From Malacoraja senta (Eukaryota), in assembly GCA_038087875.1 (NCBI GenBank), contig CM075992.1, positions 6,140,001 to 6,204,000 on the forward strand: a DNA stretch of 64,000 bases. The letters are read 5' to 3'. The notes beneath the pieces are model-generated. The model did no database searches and was not told where the DNA came from. It worked only from the letters and a program-made list of their open reading frames with translations. Shown piece after piece: positions 34,310-46,700 of the stretch. Both the position numbers and the translations under genes were made by a program. How positions within the stretch are numbered: the first letter of the stretch is position 1; every line of letters begins with the position of its first letter.

Positions 34310-35062
34310 CATAGATACATAGAAACATAGAAAATAGGTGCAGGAGTAGGCCATTCGGCCCTTCGAGCCTGCACCGCCATTCAATATGATCATGGCTGAT
34401 CATCCAACTCAGTATCCTGTACCTGCCTTCTCTCCATACCCCCTGATCCCTTTAGCCACAAGGGCCACATCTAACTCCCTCTTAAATATAGCCAATGAAC
34501 TGGCCTCAACTACCTTCTGTGGCAGAGAATTCCACAGATTCACCACTCACTGTGTGAAAAATGATTTTCTCATCTCGGTCCTAAAAGACTTCCTTAAACT
34601 GTGACCCCATTGTTCTGGACTTCCCCAACATCGGGAACAATCTTCCTGCATCTAGCCTGTCCAACCCCTTAAGAATCTTGTAAGTTTCTATAAGATCCCC
34701 CCTCAATCTTCTAAATTCTAGCGAGTACAAGCTGAGTCTATCCAGTCTTTCTTCATATGAAAGTCCTGCCATCCCAGGAATCAGTCTGGTGAACCTTCTC
34801 TGTACTCCCTCTATGGCAAGAATGTCTTTCCTCAGATTAGGAGACCAAAACTGTACGCAATACTCCAGGTGTGGCCTCACCAAGACCCTGTACAACTGCA
34901 GTAGAACCTCCCTGCTCTTATACTCAAATCCTTTAGCTATGAATGCTAACATACCATTTGCTTTCTTCACTGCCTGCTGCACCTGCATGCCTACTTTCAA
35001 TGACTGGTGTATCATGACACCCAGGTCTCGTTGCATCTCCCCTTTTCCTAATCGGCCACCAT
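34310..35062 (-). mobile_element. CR1-type LINE 3' fragment (RT C-terminus)
   Basis: QRDLGVMIHQSLKVGMQVQQAVKKANGMLAFI...LVRPHLEYCVQFWSP; (TTTCTATG)n tail. Confidence 0.9.
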
Positions 35063-37954
35063 CTGGTAGACCAATATCAAGAGACTGCAGATGTTGGAAT
35101 CTTGGGCAAAGAACAAAGTGCTGGAGGAACTCGGCGGGTCAGGCAGCATCTGGGGAGGGAATGGACAGACAAAATCAAATGTTGGGTTTGTTGGATCAGC
35201 CTGGGACATGGGAGCAGGGTAAATACAATGGTTTCTGCCCCAGTGAATGGGTGAATGTGAGCCCTATACTGGAGATCATCTACAGTCTCTGCCAGACATG
35301 AGAGGCGCCCTCTGCCCTCCGGGGTCACTGGTGAAGATCTAACGCAGGCGGGTGTGACTAGTGTAGATGGGGCATCATGGACAAGTTGGGCCAAAGGGCC
35401 TGTTTCCGTTCTGTATGACTCTATTTGCTCATGGCTCTATAGACATGGAGGAGATGCTGTGACTAGATCCAAGGCTCCTTGTGTAAGGCCAACTGCAAGG
35501 TGTCAGAAGGCAACAAGTTGAACCAAGACAGGACATACACATTGAATGGCAGAGCCTTGGGGAATGGTGTTAAACAGAGATACCTAGTGACAACACTAGT
35601 GAAGGGAGATAAAGAGGACAAATGACTTTCTTGCCTTCATTGCCCATGGCATTGAGTACATTCATTCATCATTGAAAACATTAGCGACGCAGTGGTGCTG
35701 GTCTCCAACGGGAACGGTGACGGACGCACCACACATCTCAGTCCTCCAGTTCCTGCGGACTTCCGCCGCTGGAAGTGTAGGATTTTGGTGTGTGTGTGCT
35801 TTATCATCATTCCTTACAATGCCGTGTACGACAGTGATCGCAACTTCTACTGAAGTGTGGATGGCCGTTGGCTCGCTAGAAGCTCATCCGCCTTTTGACA
35901 GGTCTTGTTCTTGGTCCTGCTGGGGGTCCACAGCCCCCTCCTCACCTGGCAAACCAGGTGGGGGAGATGGTTTAGTCACAGACTATCCGACCATGGAGCA
36001 GGTAGCACCTGCGTGACGCGCAAATGACGCCCAAGTGGGACAGGCCCTTTAGACGTCCAGAGGAGATTTACAGGATGACTTGGTTAACGTATAAAGAGAG
36101 TTTTATGGTTCTGCACTTGTACCTGCTGGAGTTTAGAAGGATGAGGCGGATCTCAAATAAAAAAAATGTATTATTATTATTATCTCATTGAAACCGACCG
36201 GTTAATGAAAGGCCTAGAGTGGATGTGGAGAGGATGTCTCCAATGGTGGGAGAGTCTAGGACCAGAGGGCTCAGCCTCAGAATAAAAGGAGCTACCTTTA
36301 GAATGGAGATGAGGCGGGATTTCTTAAGCCAGAGGGTGGTGAATCTGTGGAATTCATTGCCACAGACAGCTGTGGAGGCCAAGTCAATGGATATTTTTAA
36401 AGCAAAGATTGACAGGTTCTTGAGCAGTAAGAGTGTCAAAGGTTACAGGGAGAAGGTAGGAGAATGGGGTTGAGAGAGAAAAATGGATCAGCCATGATTG
36501 AATGGTGGAGCAGACTCTGAGGAAGGGTCTCGACCCGAAACATCACCCATTCCTTCTCTCCAGAGATGCTGCCTGTCCCGCTGAGTTACTCCAGTATTTT
36601 GTGTCTACCTTGGGCCTAATTCTGCTCCTGTCTTATGATTCAATGAGAGACTGGATAGACTGGGAGTGTTTCCCTTGAGGGAAGGAAGGGGAGAGGTGAC
36701 TTTTATGGAAGTTCATGGAATTATGAGAAATATAGATAGGAGAGATACTCATAGTCATTTCCCCAGGGTAGAGGAGTCTAAAGCTAGAGGGCATAGGTTA
36801 AAGGTGAAAGATTTAAAGAGACACCTGAGGGGCAAAGGTCAGTGGGTATATGGAACAAGCTACCAGAGAAGGTGCAAGAAGCAGGTGCAATTGTGACATT
36901 TTTAAGACATCTGAACAGGTACATGGATGGAGAGGATAGATTCAGTAGGATAGCAAAGTGCCAAAATAAATCAAATGGGATTAGTTTAGATGGACGTCTT
37001 GGTCAGCATGGGCAAGTTGGGCAGAAGGGCCTGTTTCTGCACTGTATAACTCCATGAATCTAAAAGGATTCACTTCAAGATGGAACAATCTCTGCAATCT
37101 TTCAGGTCCAAAGTCTGGACTAACAATCTAGATATTTTTACGAGGATGTCGCCAGGACTCAAGGGCCTGAGTTACAGGGAGAGGTTGGGCAGGCTAGGAT
37201 TTTATTCCCTTGGAGCGCAGGAGGCCGAGGGGCAATCTTATAGAGGGGTATAAAACCATGAGGGGAAAAGATAGAATGAATGCAGAGGTAGACAAAAATG
37301 CTGGAGAAACTCAGCGGGTGAGGCAGCATCTATGGAGCGAAGGAAATAGGCGACATTTCAGGTCAAGACTCTTCTTCAGACTGATGTGGGGGTGGGAGGG
37401 GGGGGGGGCGGGAAGAAGAAAGGAAGAGGCGGAGACAGTGGGCTGTGGGAGAGCCGGGAAGGGGAGGGGAAAGAGGGGGAAATGCAGAGAGTCTTTTACC
37501 CAGGACAGAGAAATCGAGAACCAGAGGATATCGGTTTAGGGTGGGAAGGGGAAAGATTGAACAGAAAGCTTTTCGCACAGAAGAGTGGAGGTTTAGACGT
37601 CCAGAGGAGGTTTATGACAATGAACTCGGGGATGATTGGGTTAACGGATGAGGAGTGTGTTACAGCTGTAGGCCTGTATGTGCCAGGCCCAGATGGTGGT
37701 GGGCACATGGAAATAGCTGCCCGAGGGGGTTGAGGCAGGGACAACAAAACTAAACTAAACTAAACATTTAAAATACATTTCGACAGGCTTTACTGACTTG
37801 ATGTTGCACTAAATGTTATTCACGTCATTCCCTCTCTCATGTGGATGGCTCGATTGTAATCATATATTATCTTTCCCCTGACGGGTTAGCACGCAACTAA
37901 AGCATTTCACTGTACCTCGGTACATGTGACAATAAACTAAACTAAGGCACATAG

Positions 37955-38270
37955 TTTTGTTTAGTTTAGGTTAGAGATACAGCGTGGAAACAGGCCCTTC
38001 AGCCCATCGAGTCGGCGCCGACCAGCGATCCCCGTACACGAACACTATCCTACACACACACGCTAGGGACAATTTACATATCTACCGAGCCAATTAACCT
38101 ACAAACCTATACGACTTTGGAGTGTGGGAGGAAACTAAAGATCTCGGAGAAAACCCACGCAGGTCACGGGGAGAACGTACAAACTCCGTACAGACAGCAC
38201 CCGTAGTCAGGATTGAACCCGGTCACTGGTGCTGTAAGGCAGCAACTCTACCGCTGCACCACCGTGCCGC
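37955..38270 (-). mobile_element. HE1/V-SINE-type element (duplicate at ~45704-46020)
   Basis: Reverse complement of the SINE at 24709 and 54541. Confidence 0.75.
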
Positions 38271-39545
38271 TCTAAGGTACATTGATAGGTTTAGAGGCAT
38301 ATGGGCCAAATGTGGGCAGGTGGGACTAACGTAGTTGGGGGCACCTTGGTCGACATGGGCAAGTTGGGCCGAAGGGCCTGTTTCCGTGCTCTACGACTTT
38401 ACGACTCTAAGAGATCGAAGTCAACAGTGAACATTAAATGGTGTCTTCAGTAATAGTGACAGTAAAACTGGGAGCGCATTGTAAAAACAAAAATGTCTTC
38501 TTTCAATAAAGGAAGTTTGCAGTCCCCACCCAGTGTGACCAACAGAGACAATGACAGTTGTCACCACAACTCTGATCAGAAGGATGTCAATGAAGATAAG
38601 CGAGCAACATGCAAGAGGTTGTGCACAAGGGCTGAGCTGAGCCGTGAATCAGTCCCCGGGGAGTCAGGGCCAGGGATACTGCGGGGTGGGGATGAGTGGC
38701 TGGCTGCACCACGGTAGTGCTGACCACTCTCCCCCGCCAGCTTCTCCCGCTGACCGCCGCCGGCCTCCGCACAGCTTCTGCTGGGAGGGTCTGCAGCAGA
38801 GCGAGGGATCCAGAGCAGTGGGGCCCCACTCTCACACTAGTGTCTGCACGCCCTTTAGTTCCTGCTCAAGAAACTGCAGGGCGTGTCAGCAACAGCATAT
38901 CAGGAGATCTGGTGTCATCTCCTAAGGCAGCGAGAAAGCTAGAGCACATTAGTGCTGATGCTGGACCATGGCTTTGTATGGTCATGATGGGCTGAATGGC
39001 CTGTTTCCATCAAAGATAAACACTAATGCTGGAGTAACTCAGCGGGACAGGCAGCATCTCTAGAGAGAAGGAATGGGTGGCGTTTTGGGTCGTCACTCAT
39101 TCCTTCTCTCCAGAGATGCTGCCTGTTACCCCAGCATTTTGTGTCTATCTTCAGTTTAAACCAGCATCTGCAGTTCCTTCCTACACGTTAGTCCTGTTTC
39201 TATGCTGTGTGTCCCAATAACTCACTACGACTGCAGCCAAAAGAAGAGGAGATAACAGCATATTTTACCCAGCGTAGGGGAATCAAGAACCAGAGGTCAT
39301 GTTTAAGGTGAGAAAGGAAAGATTTGATAGGAACCTGAGGGGCAACTTTTCCACACAGAGGGTGGTGGGTGCGTGCCAAAGGTGTAGTTGAGGCAGATAA
39401 CCACACTGAAAAGACATTTAGACCAATACATGGATAGAAAGGTTTGAAGGGATATGGGCCAACCACGGGCAGGTGGGACTAGCGTAGATGAGGCATCTTG
39501 GTCGCCATGTGCAAGTTGGGCCACAGGGCCAGTTTCTGTGCCTTA

Positions 39546-40094
39546 AGGGCCTGTCCCACTGCAGCGACCTAATTGGCGAGTTTAGAAGAGTTTAGGAGAG
39601 TTTGAAAAAGTGTAATGTTGAAGACCTCCTTCGACCTCCTTCGAACTCCTTCGACTATGTTGAAGACTAGCTTCGACTAGCTTCGGGAAAATTGGACACC
39701 GAATAGTGGAGAGTGAAGACGACCTCCTTCGATCTCCTTCGACCTCCCTTCGACTATGTTGAGGACTATCTACGACTACCTTCGACTACCTTCAATTACT
39801 TTCGACTACCCTCGATTACCTATGAATAACATGCCGACCTACTACGACTTACTCTGACTAAACCTACGAGTAAAAAAGATATCGATTTTTTCCATGGCGA
39901 CCTTTTTTTACTCGCGGGCATTTTTCAGCATGTTGAAAAATACGCCGCGACCTAGCTGAGGCCTAGAGTACGCGGGGACTGCTCTCGAGCATGAAGGGGA
40001 GTTACAAAGACCTCCTAGGACCATGCTGCGAGTATGAGTCGAGGGCAAACTCTTCTGAACTCGCGGATCAGCTCGCCGCAGTGGGACAGCCCCT
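39546..40094. mobile_element. PIF/Harbinger-like MITE (duplicate 47294-47842)
   Basis: TIRs AGGGCCTGTCCCACTGC...GCAGTGGGACAGCCCCT, TTA target-site duplication on both sides, internal (TTCGACTAC/TTCGACCTCC)n repeats. Confidence 0.8.
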
Positions 40095-40207
40095 TTATGA
40101 TTCTGCTGCAAAATGTTTACAACTTGCTTTACTCCATCACTGAGGATCCCCCTTCCAACTTCATTGGGTCTCTGATTCTTCGGTTTAGAGATACAGCATG
40201 GAAACAG

Positions 40208-40805
40208 GACATAGAAACATAGAAACATAGAAAATAGGTGCAGGAGGAGGCCATTCGTCCCTTCGAGCCTGCACCGCCATTCAATATGATCATGGCTGAT
40301 CATCCAACTCAGTATCCTGTACCTGCCTTCTCTCCATACCCCCTGATCCCTTTAGCCACAAGGGCCACATCTAACTCCCTCTTAAATATAGAGTATGAAC
40401 TGGCCTCAACTACCTTCTGTGGCAGAGAATTCCACAGATTCACCACTCTCTGTGTGAAAAATGTTTTTCTCGTCTCGGTCCTAAAAGACTTTCCCCTTAT
40501 CCTTAAACTGTGACCCCTTGTTCTGGACTTCTCCAACATCGGGAACAATCTTCCTGCATCTAGCCTGTCCAACCCCTTAAGAATTTTGTACGTTTCTATA
40601 AGAACCCCCCTCAATCTTCTACATTCTCACGAGTACAAGCCAACTCCATCCAGTCTTTCTTCATATGAAAGTCCTGCCATCCCAGGAATCAGTCTGGTGA
40701 ACCTTCTCTGTACTCCCTCTATGGCAAGAATGTCTTTCCTCAGATTAGGAGACCAAAACTGTACGCAACACTCCAGGTGTGGTCTCACCAAGGCCCTGTA
40801 CAACA
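40208..40805 (-). mobile_element. CR1-type LINE 3' fragment (duplicate ~47956-48553)
   Basis: MRGVLIETYKILKGLDRLDAGRLFP...; (TTTCTATG)n tail. Confidence 0.88.
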
Positions 40806-43269
40806 TTCGGCTCCACCGAGTCCATGCTGATCATCGACTACCCATTCACATTAGTTCTACGTTGTCCCACTTTCTCTACACACTAGGGGGGGGGCAATTT
40901 ACAGAGGGCCAATTAACCTACCAACCTGCACATCTTTGGGATGTGGGAGGAATCCGGAGCACCCGGAGGAAACCCAGGCCGTCACAGAGAGACCGTGCAA
41001 ACTCTATACACGCACAGCACCCGAGGTCAGGATCGAACGTGGGTCGCTGGAACTGTGAGGCAGCAGCTCTACCTGCTGCACCATTGTGCTGCAGCATAGT
41101 CATTGCACATAATTGTTTGGACACCCACAACTGGCTTGTTCATCCTTGTTTGGTCAAAATTCTTTGGTCAGAGTTTGACCTTTAGTCATTGAGTTACACA
41201 TGGTGCAGGTTTCAATGATTGAATGGTCAAAGAATCATACAGCATGGATAATGGCCATTCAGCCCAACTCGCCCACACCACCCAACATGTCCCATCTACA
41301 CTAGTCCCACCTGTCTACATTTGGCCCATATTCCTCTAAACCTATCCCAATCATGTACCTGTCCAAATGCTTTTTTAGTTCATGTTCATAAGTTCTTAAG
41401 TTATAGGAGCAAAATTAGGCCATTTGGCCCATCAAGTCTACTCTGCAATTCAACCATGGCTGATCTATCTCTCCCTCCTAACCCCATTCTCCTGCCTTCT
41501 CACCGTAATCCCATATTGTTAAATGTTAAAACGTAATGTTAAAACATAATGAGTTTAGAAGAATGAGGGGGGACCTCATTGAAACGTACAGAACAGTGAA
41601 AGGTTTGAATAGAGTGGATGTGGAGAGGATGTTTCCACTAGTGGGAGAGTCTACGACTAGAGGTGATAGCCTCAGAATTAAAGGAGGTTCTTTTAGGAAG
41701 GAGATGAGGAGGAATTTCTTTAGTCAGAGGGTGGTGAATCTGTGGAATTCTTTGCCATAGAAGGCTGTGGATGCTGTCAATGGATATTTTGTAAGGCAGA
41801 GATAGATAGATTCTTGATTAGTACGGGTGTCAGGGGTTATGGGGAGAATAGGATTGGGAGGGAGAGATAGATCAGCCATGATTGAATGGCGGAGTAGACT
41901 TGATGGGCCGAATGGCCTAATTCTGCTCCTATCACTTATGATCTTATAAATGTTGCAATTGTAGCTGCAATCTTTGTATGGTCCACGGTGAATGATCTCA
42001 AAGACTCCGACCCTAATATTCATCAACTATCTACACCTGCTAAGGTCTCTTTGGAATTTCAGGATCCTATTGACACGACTGACAAAGCCACCTACACAGT
42101 TCCTGTCAGCATCCTCAGATACACCACCTCCCATTACATCAGCTGAGATCTTTATGCCTATTGTGTGTCGTTGAGAGCACTGAAGCCATCCGTGCAGTGC
42201 ACACAGACCCAATGTCCTCACTCCCCACCTCCGCATATTAACCCGTTCCTCGCCCAAGTCATCCCCACTCCCATCAGGCAAAAGATTATAAGATCAACAA
42301 TGATAGGAGAAGAATCGGGCCATCGGCCCATCAAGTCTACACCACCATGGCTGATCTATCTCACCCTCTTAATCCCATTCTCCTGCCTTCTCCCCATAAC
42401 CCCTGACACCCGTACTAATCAAAGGTATATAAGTGTGAAAACGCACACCTCCAGATTCGGGGATAGTTTCTTCCCGGCTGTTATCAGGCAACTGAATCAT
42501 CCTACCACAACCAGAGAGCAGTGCTGAACTACTATCTACCTCTTTGGCGACCCTCGGACTATCCTTTACCAGACTTTGCTGGCTTTACCTTGCACTAAAC
42601 GTTATGTCCTTATCATGTATTTGTACACTGTAAATAGCTCGATTGTAATCATGTTTCCGCTGACTGATTAACAGGCAACAAAAAGGTTTTCGCTATGCCT
42701 CGGTACTCGTGACAATAAACTAAACTGTAAAATGGACAGAGTGTTACAATAGGCACAAAGGGGGGCGGTTAATGAAGGGCGAAGCAGAGAATGGGGCGGA
42801 TGACAGCTCTCCCGGTCACAGTGCTGGGGTGTCACCTGTCGCTCAGCACAAGCTTTGTTGCTAAATGTCAGGAGTGTTTGGGACAATTACAGCGTTGACT
42901 GACGCGGACCACTGCCGTGCCCGGGAGTGGCGGCGCCGCAGTGTGTATATCTCCGCTAGCTGGGGGCTCAGGCTCGTCCCAGTCCCACCACACCCGCACC
43001 GGCGTCGCAGCTCGGAGCCCGTGTCTCTGACAGCCAGCGTCTGAGCGGCAAGATGTGCAAGGGCTTTGCCCCCCTCGCCCAGCGCCTGCATCGAGAGGTA
43101 TTTGTCTCCCCCTCTCCCAGCCTCCCCCACACACGCTCGCTGCGTGGTCGCAGGAGGCACAACAGCGAGGAGGAGGAGGGGGGGGTCGGTGTGTTACGGG
43201 CTGGTGGTTTAGATCCCACACCAGTGATTTGTGATATTGCCTAGGCTGAGGGTCCCGTAGTGGCTGTAT

Positions 43270-43790
43270 GGTGGAGATTGCACTGATGCACAGCTGCATT
43301 GGTGCTGGATACACTGGTGGGGGGCTTCACTGGTGGATGGCTGCACTGGTAATGACTGCACTGGTGGAGGTCTGTACCAGTGTATGTTGCACTGGTGAAA
43401 GTATGTACTGGTGCATGCTGCACTATGTTGCTTCACTGTTGGAGAGCTGCACTAGTGGGGGCTGCATTAGTGGACGCTGTTTTGATGGAGGGGTTGCTAT
43501 GGTGCTGGATACACTGGTGTGGGGCCTGCACTAGTGCCGAACAGCGCCGGTGAAGGGCTGCAATGGGAAAGAGCAGCACTGGTGGAAAGCTGCGCTGGTG
43601 GAAAGCTGCACTGGTCGAGAACTGCACTGGCGGAGGCTGCATTAATGAGGAGCTGCACCGATGAAGGCTGCACAAGTGGACAGCTGCACTGGTGCTGTCC
43701 ACACGGGTGCCGACTGCATTGGTGGAGGGTGCACTAGTTGAGGCCTGCTCTGTGAGCCCGGACGCCCACTGGCACTCGGTGCTCTGGTCA
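43270..43790. repeat. Degenerate minisatellite with TGCACTGGTG core (copy 51015-51171 abuts gap)
   Basis: Many variants of (gc)tgcactggtg(ga) spaced ~17-25 bp. Confidence 0.7.
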
Positions 43791-46700
43791 TTAACTCGCG
43801 GGCATGTCTTTACTTCTCTGTTAAAGGGCCAAAGAGATGAAGGTCCATCTGGGGCAGTTGCTGCTCAAATCCAAGGCTACCGGTGAAGGCGGCCGCGTTT
43901 CTGCATGGATGCTGGTGGTGGGGAGAGATATAGCACACACTGATGAATGCAGACGACCGCACTGTTGCGGGGGCACCTGTTGATTTGTAGTCCTTGTAAT
44001 AATAATGGCCTCACACCATGTCAGGTTATGTAGAGTTTATTAGGAATAAGCAACACTAGTTCTCACTTGGGAGTTCACTTTAAGACTAACGAAATGCAGC
44101 AGAGCACGGGGCTAACAAGCTAGTGGAGTAACTACAAATGCATGACTCATAGCATGAGCCACTAATCTACAGCACCCGAGTAGTGGAGAGGAGGGGGGAG
44201 AATAGACGGGCTGGTGATTTTAGTTTAATTTTGTTTAGTTTAGAGATACAGCGTGAATACAGGCCCTCCTTCTTCTTCTTCTTGCGTGTGGCGTGCACAG
44301 CCTAAAGTTGTTGGACAACTTGTTCTAGTTGATCTTCCGTTTGTGCGCGTCGAGTTGATTGCATTAGTCGAAACAGGGCAGACCACGTGAATCTTCCACC
44401 CCAATACAGGCCCTTCAGTCCACTGACTCCGTGCTGGAGGTGAGGGGGGCAAGATTTAATAGCAACCAGAGGGGTAACTTTTTCACACAAGGGCGGTGGG
44501 TGCATGGAACGAGCTGCCAGAGGAGGTAGTCTAAAGCTAGAGGGCATAGGTTAAAGGTGAAAGATTTAAAGAGACACCTGAGGGGCAAAGGTCAGTGGGT
44601 ATATGGAACAAGCTACCAGAGAAGGTGCAAGAAGCAGGTGCAATTGTGACATTTTTAAGACATCTGAACAGGTACATGGATGGAGAGGATAGATTCAGTA
44701 GGATAGCAAAGTGCCAAAATAAATCAAATGGGATTAGTTTAGATGGACGTCTTGGTCAGCATGGGCAAGTTGGGCAGAAGGGCCTGTTTCTGCACTGTAT
44801 AACTCCATGAATCTAAAAGGATTCACTTCAAGATGGAACAATCTCTGCAATCTTTCAGGTCCAAAGTCTGGACTAACAATCTAGATATTTTTACGAGGAT
44901 GTCGCCAGGACTCAAGGGCCTGAGTTACAGGGAGAGGTTGGGCAGGCTAGGATTTTATTCCTTGGAGCGCAGGAGGCCGAGGGGCAATCTTATAGAGGGG
45001 TATAAAACCATGAGGGGAAAAGATAGAATGAATGCAGAGGTAGACAAAAATGCTGGAGAAACTCAGCGGGTGAGGCAGCATCTATGGAGCGAAGGAAATA
45101 GGCGACATTTCAGGTCAAGACTCTTCTTCAGACTGATGTGGGGGTGGGAGGGGGGGGGGGCGGAAGAAGAAAGGAAGAGGCGGAGACAGTGGGCTGTGGG
45201 AGAGCCGGGAAGGGGAGGGGAAAGAGGGGGAAATGCAGAGAGTCTTTTACCCAGGACAGAGAAATCGAGAACCAGAGGATATCGGTTTAGGGTGGGAAGG
45301 GGAAAGATTGAACAGAAAGCTTTTCGCACAGAAGAGTGGAGGTTTAGACGTCCAGAGGAGGTTTATGACAATGAACTCGGGGATGATTGGGTTAACGGAT
45401 GAGGAGTGTGTTACAGCTGTAGGCCTGTATGTGCCAGGCCCAGATGGTGGGCACATGGAAATAGCTGCCCGAGGGGGTTGAGGCAGGGACAACAAAACTA
45501 AACTAAACTAAACATTTAAAAATACATTTCGACAGGCTTTACTGACTTGATGTTGCACTAAATGTTATTCACGTCATTCCCTCTCTCATGTGGATGGCTC
45601 GATTGTAATCATATATTATCTTTCCCCTGACGGGTTAGCACGCAACTAAAGCATTTCACTGTACCTCGGTACATGTGACAATAAACTAAACTAAGGCACA
45701 TAGTTTTGTTTAGTTTAGGTTAGAGATACAGCGTGGAAACAGGCCCTTCAGCCCATCGAGTCGGCGCCGACCAGCGATCCCCGTACACGAACACTATCCT
45801 ACACACACACGCTAGGGACAATTTACATATCTACCGAGCCAATTAACCTACAAACCTATACGACTTTGGAGTGTGGGAGGAAACTAAAGATCTCGGAGAA
45901 AACCCACGCAGGTCACGGGGAGAACGTACAAACTCCGTACAGACAGCACCCGTAGTCAGGATTGAACCCGGTCACTGGTGCTGTAAGGCAGCAACTCTAC
46001 CGCTGCACCACCGTGCCGCTCTAAGGTACATTGATAGGTTTAGAGGCATATGGGCCAAATGTGGGCAGGTGGGACTAACGTAGTTGGGGGCACCTTGGTC
46101 GACATGGGCAAGTTGGGCCGAAGGGCCTGTTTCCGTGCTCTACGACTTTACGACTCTAAGAGATCGAAGTCAACAGTGAACATTAAATGGTGTCTTCAGT
46201 AATAGTGACAGTAAAACTGGGAGCGCATTGTAAAAACAAAAATGTCTTCTTTCAATAAAGGAAGTTTGCAGTCCCCACCCAGTGTGACCAACAGAGACAA
46301 TGACAGTTGTCACCACAACTCTGATCAGAAGGATGTCAATGAAGATAAGCGAGCAACATGCAAGAGGTTGTGCACAAGGGCTGAGCTGAGCCGTGAATCA
46401 GTCCCCGGGGAGTCAGGGCCAGGGATACTGCGGGGTGGGGATGAGTGGCTGGCTGCACCACGGTAGTGCTGACCACTCTCCCCCGCCAGCTTCTCCCGCT
46501 GACCGCCGCCGGCCTCCGCACAGCTTCTGCTGGGAGGGTCTGCAGCAGAGCGAGGGATCCAGAGCAGTGGGGCCCCACTCTCACACTAGTGTCTGCACGC
46601 CCTTTAGTTCCTGCTCAAGAAACTGCAGGGCGTGTCAGCAACAGCATATCAGGAGATCTGGTGTCATCTCCTAAGGCAGCGAGAAAGCTAGAGCACATTA

